Origin: Longimicrobiales bacterium
GTDB lineage: Bacteria; Gemmatimonadota; Gemmatimonadetes; Longimicrobiales; Gaopeijiaceae
NCBI GenBank assembly: GCA_965116905.1
Contig: OZ220732.1
Span: 1,216,001-1,280,000 of the forward strand
Direction: 5' to 3'
Length of the DNA stretch: 64,000 nucleotides
The notes beneath the pieces are model-generated. The model was not told the DNA's origin, did not search any database, and was given only the letters and a program-made list of their open reading frames with translations. Positions 57,743-64,000 of this stretch are shown one piece after another (position 1 is the stretch's first letter; every line of letters begins with the position of its first letter). A program made the position numbers and the translations under genes.

Positions 57743-59005
57743 TCAGCCGAGCAGGACGTTCCGGGCCGTGCGGACGCCCTCGGCGAGCTGCTCCACTTCT
57801 TCGACAGTGTTGTAGAGGTAAAACGATGCCCGCGTGGTTGCCGACACGCGGAAGCGGTCCACTACCAGCTGGGCACAGTGATGACCGGCGCGCACCGCGA
57901 TTCCCTCGGCGTCCAGAATGGTGGCGACGTCCTGCGCGGATGTCCCCTCGATCACGAACGGCACCACTCCGGCCCGCTCCTCCAGGACGCGGGGTCCGAA
58001 GATGCGCAGTCCCTCGACATCGGCCAGGAGTTCCATGGCGCGGCTGGTGAGCGACTGCTCGTGCTCGTGAATGGCAGCGCGGCCCACGCCGTCCAGGTAG
58101 TCGGCGGCGGCGGCCATCCCCACCGCGCCGGCGATGTTGGGCGTGCCCGCCTCGAACTTGTGGGGTACTTCGGCCCACGTGCTGTGATCGCGGTACACGT
58201 GTTCGATCATCTCGCCGCCCCCCTGGTATGGGGGCATCCCTTCGAGGAGCCGCCGCTTGCCCCACAACGCGCCCATCCCCGTCGGGCCGCACATCTTGTG
58301 TCCCGAGAAGGCGTAGAAGTCGCAGCCCAGGGACTGCACGTCGACGGCCAGGTGAGGGGCTCCCTGTGCCCCGTCCAGGACGTAAACGGCATCGCTCCGG
58401 GCGCGCACGAGTCTCCCGATGTCCCGCACGGGGTTGATGGTGCCCAGCGCGTTGGAAACGTGGGGAAGCGCGACGACTCTTGTGCGTGCGCCGAGCATGT
58501 CGCGCAGCTGGTCCAGATCGAGGTGGCCGGCGTCGGTCAGTTCGACGAAACGCAGCGTGGCGCCGTTTCGCTCAGCCAGGAGCTGCCACGGCACCAGGTT
58601 CGAGTGGTGCTCCATGGCCGAGATGATGATCTCGTCGCCGTGCGCCACCCGCGCCTGTCCGATCGAGAATGCGACCAGGTTGAGGGCCTCGCTCGTTCCG
58701 CGCGTCCAGACGATCTCGTGCGCGTCGGCGGCGTTGATCCACCGGGCGATCCGGGTGCGGCTCTCCTCGTATGCCTCGGTCGCCCTGCGGGCCAGTTCGT
58801 GCACGCCGCGATGAACGTTGGCGTGATCCCGCAGGTAGTACGTGCGGATCGCCTCGATGACCTGGAGGGGCTTCTGTGACGACGCCGCGCTGTCCAGGTA
58901 GACGAGGGGCCGTCCGTCGACCACCTGGCCGAGGATCGGAAAGTCCTCACGGATCCTGGCAACGTCGAGTCGCGAACCCGTCACGGTGCTCACGGGCCGG
59001 CTCAT
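57743..59005 (-). CDS. sufS: Cysteine desulfurase, SufS family
   Basis: YLDSAASSQKP, EHHSN, FSGHKMCGPTG, FEAGTP and RAGHHCA motifs. Confidence 0.96.
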   Translation of the reverse strand: MSRPVSTVTGSRLDVARIREDFPILGQVVDGRPLVYLDSAASSQKPLQVIEAIRTYYLRDHANVHRGVHELARRATEAYEESRTRIARWINAADAHEIVWTRGTSEALNLVAFSIGQARVAHGDEIIISAMEHHSNLVPWQLLAERNGATLRFVELTDAGHLDLDQLRDMLGARTRVVALPHVSNALGTINPVRDIGRLVRARSDAVYVLDGAQGAPHLAVDVQSLGCDFYAFSGHKMCGPTGMGALWGKRRLLEGMPPYQGGGEMIEHVYRDHSTWAEVPHKFEAGTPNIAGAVGMAAAADYLDGVGRAAIHEHEQSLTSRAMELLADVEGLRIFGPRVLEERAGVVPFVIEGTSAQDVATILDAEGIAVRAGHHCAQLVVDRFRVSATTRASFYLYNTVEEVEQLAEGVRTARNVLLG

Positions 59006-59026
59006 CCGTGCGGAGCGGCGGGACGG

Positions 59027-59365
59027 TCAGTCCAGCCGTATGAAAACCTCGCCACCCTGCACTTCCACTGGAAAGGTCCGCACCGGGGCCACCGCGGGCA
59101 ATTGGGTGGCGCGGCCGGTGCACACGTCGAATCGGGCGCCGTGGAAGGCACACTCCACCTGGCCGTCCTCCAGCTCACCGGCTGACAGCGGATAGTCCTG
59201 GTGGGAGCACCGGTCTTCAAGGGCGTAGATATCGCCGTCCAGATTGACCAGCACGACGGGGCCGACATCGGTGGCGACGGCCCTCAGCGTGTCCGGCGCC
59301 ACCTCGTCGACCGATGCCACGCGCACGCGAGAGGACTGCGGGCTGGCGGCCCGCGATCTAGACAC
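59027..59365 (-). CDS. Rieske-type 2Fe-2S ferredoxin
   Basis: CSH...ECAFHGARFD motif; start 59365 or 59326. Confidence 0.9.
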   Translation of the reverse strand: MSRSRAASPQSSRVRVASVDEVAPDTLRAVATDVGPVVLVNLDGDIYALEDRCSHQDYPLSAGELEDGQVECAFHGARFDVCTGRATQLPAVAPVRTFPVEVQGGEVFIRLD

Positions 59366-60740
59366 CGCGGAGCTTCGCCACAATCGCATTCGTCACCTTC
59401 TCCACAACCCCGCCCATCGGCAGCCGCGCCAGGACCTCGCCCAGGAAGCCCCGTACAACCAGCCGCTCGGCCTGCCCACGGGTCAGCCCGCGGCTCATCA
59501 GGTAGAAGAGCGCCTCTGCATCGAGCTGGCCGACGGTCGCGCCGTGGGAACATCGGACGTCGTCGGCCCCGATTTCCAGATTCGGCAACGACGTCGCGAC
59601 CGCGTCGTCCGAAAGGATCAGGTTCCGGTTGGTCTGGTAGGCGTCGGTGCCCTGAGCCCCCTCGTGGACCCGGATGATGCCGCGAAAGACGCCTCGTGCC
59701 GTGCCGTCGAGGGCACCCTTGTAGAGCAGGTCGCTGTGTGCGTGGGGCGACACGTGATCCTGGCTGGTGTTGAAGTCGAAGTGCTGGTCGCCGTCCCCGA
59801 AATAGAGGCCGAGCATGTCGCTGTGGGCCCCCGGTCCGAGGAGGCGTGCGTTGAGATCGACTCGCCCGACCGAGGCTCCGAGAGCGACGTTGAGCGTATC
59901 GAGCGTCGAGTCCCTCTCGGCGAGCGTACGCTGGTTGGCAAGGTAGAAGCCGCCATGCCCCAGGCGCTGCAGGGAAACGTACTGCACCTGCGCGCCGCCC
60001 TTCGAAAAGACTTCGACCGCGGTGTTCACAAGCGTCGTGCGGTCGAAATCGGGCGAGAGGGTTTCTTCGACGAAGGACAGCCGGCTCGACGCTTCCGCGA
60101 CGATGAGAATGCGGGTGAAGGTGGCGGTGCCCGGTCGCGATACCCAGCGGCTCAGGCGAATGGGTCGCTCCACGTGGACTCCGCGCGGAATCCGCAGGAA
60201 CACCCCGTCGCTCCACAGGGCGGCGTTGAGGGCGGGGAACTTGCCGTCCGACGCCGGGACGGCCTCGGTGGCGAGAAGCCTCCTGACGTCACCGTCACCC
60301 CGGCGGGCCGCATCTCTGAGCGATGCCAGCACGACACCCTGCCGTGCGAGCGAATCGTCCAGCTCCACCGACACCACCCGGCCGTCGACATCCACCACGC
60401 GGCCAGCGCTGTCCCGGTCCTGGTCCATCGCCTGGCGCAAGGCGTCGGGCAGAACGGCGGCACGGGCACCGGCGCCAGCGGCGGCTCCGACACCGGCGCC
60501 GGCACCGAGCCCCAGGTCCCCGGCCGAAACGACCAGGTCGTCCAGTCGCAGAGTGCGCGCAAGGTCCGTGTACCGCCACTCCTCGGAGCGCGTCGAGGGC
60601 ATCGGAGTGGCCTGGCAGGTGTCCCACGCCTCCTCGCGCCGGGCCCTGAGCCACGTCGGGTCCGCGGCTCCGATCCCTGCCACGGCGGCCCGCCCGATAC
60701 CGGGGGCGGTCCGTTGGCGTACCGCAGCGGCCTGGCTCAC
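59358..60740 (-). CDS. sufD: Fe-S assembly protein SufD
   Basis: EEWRYT, LYKGAL, VFRGII and [15 protein letters not shown]...FYLMSRG motifs; GTGA overlap with sufB. Confidence 0.95.
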   Translation of the reverse strand: MSQAAAVRQRTAPGIGRAAVAGIGAADPTWLRARREEAWDTCQATPMPSTRSEEWRYTDLARTLRLDDLVVSAGDLGLGAGAGVGAAAGAGARAAVLPDALRQAMDQDRDSAGRVVDVDGRVVSVELDDSLARQGVVLASLRDAARRGDGDVRRLLATEAVPASDGKFPALNAALWSDGVFLRIPRGVHVERPIRLSRWVSRPGTATFTRILIVAEASSRLSFVEETLSPDFDRTTLVNTAVEVFSKGGAQVQYVSLQRLGHGGFYLANQRTLAERDSTLDTLNVALGASVGRVDLNARLLGPGAHSDMLGLYFGDGDQHFDFNTSQDHVSPHAHSDLLYKGALDGTARGVFRGIIRVHEGAQGTDAYQTNRNLILSDDAVATSLPNLEIGADDVRCSHGATVGQLDAEALFYLMSRGLTRGQAERLVVRGFLGEVLARLPMGGVVEKVTNAIVAKLRGV

Positions 60741-62152
60741 CCCACGCTCCCTTCCATCTCCAGCTCGATCAGCCGGTTGAGTTCGACCGCGTACTCGAGC
60801 GGCAACTCCTTCGCGATCGGTTCGATGAATCCGCGCACGATCAGCGCCATGGCCTCCGCCTCGTCCATCCCGCGGCTCATCAGGTAGAAGAGCTGCTCGT
60901 CCCCGACCTTCGACACCGTGGCTTCGTGGCCCACCGTGGCCGACTTCTCGTCGATTTCGATATAGGGGAAGGTGTCGGTACGGGACGTCTCGTTGATCAG
61001 GAGCGCGTCGCACTCGACGTTCGACCTGGCGTTGGCGGCCCCGTCGTAGACCTTGCACAGTCCGCGGTAGGAGGAGCGCCCCGTCCCCTTGGAGATCGAC
61101 TTCGAGACGATGCTGGACGACGTGTTCGGCGCCACGTGAATGACCTTGCCGCCGGTGTCCTGGTGCTGTCCGTCCCCGGCGTACGCGATGGACATGATCT
61201 CGCCGTGCGCGCCCTCTTCCATGAGGTAGCAGGACGGGTACTTCATGGTCAGCTTCGACCCCAGGTTCCCGTCGAGCCATTCCATGTGCGCGCCCCGGTG
61301 CACCAGCGCCCGCTGGGTCACCAGGTTGTACATGTTGTTCGACCAGTTCTGAATCGTCGTGTAGCGGAAGAAGGCGTCCGGCTTGACCACGATCTCGATC
61401 ACGCCCGAGTGGAAGGAGTCGGTCGAGTAGACCGGCGCGGTACATCCTTCGATATAGTGCGCGCGCGATCCCTCGTCCGCGATGATGAGCGTGCGCTCGA
61501 ACTGTCCCAGCCGCTCCTGGTTGACGCGAAAATACGCCTGCAGCGGCGTCTCCAGCTCCACTCCGGGCGGGATGTACACGAATGACCCGCCGGACCACAC
61601 CGCCGAGTTGAGCGCCGCGAACTTGTTGTCGGCAGCCGGGATCACCGTCCCGAAGTGCTTGCGGAAGAGCTCGGGGTGGTTCTTCAGGCCGTCCTCGATC
61701 GAGTCGAAGATCACGCCCTTCGATTCCCACTCCTCCTTCAGCGAGTGGTAGACCATTTCCGAGTCGTACTGAGCCCCGACGCCAGCCAGGATCTTGCGCT
61801 CCGCCTCGGGAATGCCCAGCCGTTCGAACGTCTCCTTGATGTTCTCGGGGACATCGTCCCAGGAGCGTTCCATCTGCTCCTGCGGCTTCACGTAGAAATA
61901 CGTCTGGCGCAGCGTGTCCTCGAGTTCCGACAGATCGCCGCCCCATTGGGGCATGGGTTTGGACTCGTAGATGCGAAGCGCCTTCAGGCGGCGCTTGAGC
62001 ATCCACTCGGGTTCGTCCTTGCGGGCGGAAATCTGCTCCACGATTTCGGCGTCGAGCCCGGGCCGCGTGCGGAAGACCGGCTCGGAGTCCGTGACAAAAC
62101 CGAACTTGTAGTCGTCCAGTCCGAGTCCCTGTATGACTTCATTGTCAGGCAT
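60737..62152 (-). CDS. sufB: Fe-S assembly protein SufB
   Basis: [32 protein letters not shown] and HEATVSK motifs. Confidence 0.97.
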   Translation of the reverse strand: MPDNEVIQGLGLDDYKFGFVTDSEPVFRTRPGLDAEIVEQISARKDEPEWMLKRRLKALRIYESKPMPQWGGDLSELEDTLRQTYFYVKPQEQMERSWDDVPENIKETFERLGIPEAERKILAGVGAQYDSEMVYHSLKEEWESKGVIFDSIEDGLKNHPELFRKHFGTVIPAADNKFAALNSAVWSGGSFVYIPPGVELETPLQAYFRVNQERLGQFERTLIIADEGSRAHYIEGCTAPVYSTDSFHSGVIEIVVKPDAFFRYTTIQNWSNNMYNLVTQRALVHRGAHMEWLDGNLGSKLTMKYPSCYLMEEGAHGEIMSIAYAGDGQHQDTGGKVIHVAPNTSSSIVSKSISKGTGRSSYRGLCKVYDGAANARSNVECDALLINETSRTDTFPYIEIDEKSATVGHEATVSKVGDEQLFYLMSRGMDEAEAMALIVRGFIEPIAKELPLEYAVELNRLIELEMEGSVG

Positions 62153-62169
62153 CTGATTCCTCCATGCGC

Positions 62170-62943
62170 TCAGGCCGCATGAGCCTTTCGGTATTCCTCG
62201 TAGCCGCGTGCCTCCAACTCCAGCGCAACCTCCGGGCCGCCCGACTCCACGATCCTGCCGTTCACCATGACGTGGACCACATCGGGGGTTATGTGGTTCA
62301 GGATGCGCTGATAGTGCGTGATCAGCAGCACGGACATGTCGGGGCTTTCCCGCTTCAGGGTATTGATCCCGTTGGAAACGATCTTGAGTGCATCGATGTC
62401 CAGGCCCGAGTCCGTCTCGTCCATCACCGCCAGCGACGGCTTCAGGACCGCCATCTGCAGAATCTCGTTGCGCTTCTTCTCGCCCCCGCTGAAACCGTCG
62501 TTCACGGGGCGCTGCGCGAACGAGGGGTCCATTTCCAGCAGCTCCATCCGATCCATCAGCAGCTCCTGGAAGTCGAAGAGATCGAGTTCCTCATCGTCCA
62601 CCAGCCGCGCCTGCAGCGAGGTGCGCAGGAAATTCGCGATGGACACGCCCGGAATCTCGACCGGGTACTGGAACGCCATGAACACGCCGGCCTGCGCGCG
62701 CTCGTCGGGCTCCATTTCGAGCAGATCCTCGCCGCCGAAGCGCACCGAGCCGCCGGTGGGCTCATAGGCCGGATGACCCGCGATCACCTTGGCCAGGGTG
62801 CTCTTGCCCGATCCGTTCGGACCCATGATCGCGTGGATCTCTCCGGGCTTGATGGCGAGGTCCACCCCCTTCAGGATCTTGAGATCCTCGTCCGCGACCC
62901 CGGCCTTCAAGCCCGCCACGTCGAGAATCGGTGCGTTGTCCAT
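62170..62943 (-). CDS. sufC: Fe-S assembly ATPase SufC
   Basis: [42 protein letters not shown] and ITHYQR motifs; ATG 62943 after GGAG. Confidence 0.97.
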   Translation of the reverse strand: MDNAPILDVAGLKAGVADEDLKILKGVDLAIKPGEIHAIMGPNGSGKSTLAKVIAGHPAYEPTGGSVRFGGEDLLEMEPDERAQAGVFMAFQYPVEIPGVSIANFLRTSLQARLVDDEELDLFDFQELLMDRMELLEMDPSFAQRPVNDGFSGGEKKRNEILQMAVLKPSLAVMDETDSGLDIDALKIVSNGINTLKRESPDMSVLLITHYQRILNHITPDVVHVMVNGRIVESGGPEVALELEARGYEEYRKAHAA

Positions 62944-62964
62944 CCGGGACACTCCATTATCAGT

Positions 62965-62983
62965 AATAAGAATGATTATTGAT
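62965..62983. promoter_or_regulatory. Fur-family-like operator
   Basis: AATAAGAATGATTATTGAT, AT-rich and 7-1-7-like, between the suf -10 and the RBS. Confidence 0.6.
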
Positions 62984-62993
62984 TAGGGTCCCA

Positions 62994-63022
62994 AAGCTAC
63001 CGGAGGGCGTTGCGCCAGTCAA
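62994..63022 (-). promoter_or_regulatory. Sigma70 promoter of the suf operon
   Basis: TTGACT, 17-nt spacer, TAGCTT on the minus strand. Confidence 0.65.
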
Positions 63023-63096
63023 GTGGATTGGTCGCGCGGCAGAGCGGGCCCGCAGTTCACTTAAGATGTTGCAAAAACGCTAGTTACGAGCTACGC

Positions 63097-64000
63097 TCAG
63101 AAGATCGCACCGGCGATCCAGGTGTCCGATCTCGCCCAGGCGGACTGGAACAGCGCCTTTGCGTCTTCAGCTTCGAAATCCTTGCCCTGTGCCCGGAGCG
63201 CCGCTTCCAGTCCGAAGAGCGACCAGCCGTTCATGGGATGATCCTCCAGCGCAGCGCGGAACACGCCCTCGGCCTCCTGGTGCTGCTCCAGCTCCAGCAG
63301 CAGGTCGCCAAGCCAGTGGCGGGCCGAGAAATTCAGCGGCTCGGGCTCGTCGTACCGCAGTCCGTCTTCGAGCTCGATCGCAGCCTCCAACACCTCGATG
63401 GCGCTGTCGGTTTTCCCCTCGTGGCGCAGGATCTCACCCTCCAGAATGCCCGCGACCACTCCAAGCAGATCCGCCGCGGAATGGCCCCTGAAGCGCTCGC
63501 CGTCGGGGGTTTTCTCGGCCGCCCGCCGCACCTTCTCCAGGTAGACCGAGGCGCGGTCGGACTCATCGTGGCGCAGGTACGCGTAGCCCCGGGCAAAGTC
63601 CCAGAAACCGCGCTGGATCCCTCCGGCCGGAGGATCGTCCAGCTCGAGGATTTCGTCAAAGCGCCCGAAGCGAAGCATCGTCATGGCTTCGTAGAAGGCG
63701 CCCCCCGGCACGATCTTGCCGTAGTCCCGGGCGGCCTGGATGGCGACCGCCCCCTGGCCGTCCATCGACGCGGCGAAGAGAAGCATGTGCAGGTTGTGCG
63801 ACGGGTAGATGGCCCACGCAATGTCTTCTTCGGCGCGCTGGTCGGAGTGCCAGGCGGCGAGGTTGGAGCGCACCGCGTCGCCCCAGCGCCCGATCCGGTT
63901 GTAGGTGTGGGACGGCATGTGCTGGATGTGGCTGGCTCCGGGGATCGACGCGCCGAGATGGTCCGCGCACGCCTCCGCCTTCCAGGGCTTGATCGTGGGC
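63097..64000 (-). CDS. TPR-containing protein, 5' end outside the window
   Basis: ASHIQHMPSHTY, LRYDEPEP and HPMNGWSLFGL motifs; frame open to the window edge. Confidence 0.85.
   Translation of the reverse strand, partial: PTIKPWKAEACADHLGASIPGASHIQHMPSHTYNRIGRWGDAVRSNLAAWHSDQRAEEDIAWAIYPSHNLHMLLFAASMDGQGAVAIQAARDYGKIVPGGAFYEAMTMLRFGRFDEILELDDPPAGGIQRGFWDFARGYAYLRHDESDRASVYLEKVRRAAEKTPDGERFRGHSAADLLGVVAGILEGEILRHEGKTDSAIEVLEAAIELEDGLRYDEPEPLNFSARHWLGDLLLELEQHQEAEGVFRAALEDHPMNGWSLFGLEAALRAQGKDFEAEDAKALFQSAWARSDTWIAGAIF

Overview
High-GC bacterial chromosome segment, inferred to be Gemmatimonadota-like from gene content. It holds about 50 genes. I saw no rRNA, tRNA, CRISPR array or intact mobile element. 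The left half is rich in secreted or lipoprotein hydrolases (S1, S9, M19 and metzincin peptidases, two CocE/NonD hydrolases, a BNR/VPS10 propeller), plus a TonB receptor and a Tat-exported alanine-racemase-fold enzyme with a rewired active site. The middle has a decayed DUF4160/DUF2442 module, a 5'-truncated SSS transporter and an ECF sigma/anti-sigma/TPR-HEAT operon carrying 17 x 18-aa repeats. Redox genes follow, including an OsmC-family gene split by an in-frame UGA at its catalytic Cys position and followed by a SECIS-like hairpin (probable selenoprotein). Next come an hcrCAB-like molybdoenzyme whose large subunit is fused in frame to a DUF1460 lipoprotein, acyl-CoA genes, and a sufCBD-Rieske-sufS operon with a Fur-like box. 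Non-coding oddities include duplicated stop/start junctions forming mini-ORF relays, a recurring 21-23 bp palindrome and bidirectional -10 elements. All family assignments come from motif recognition by eye, not database searches.
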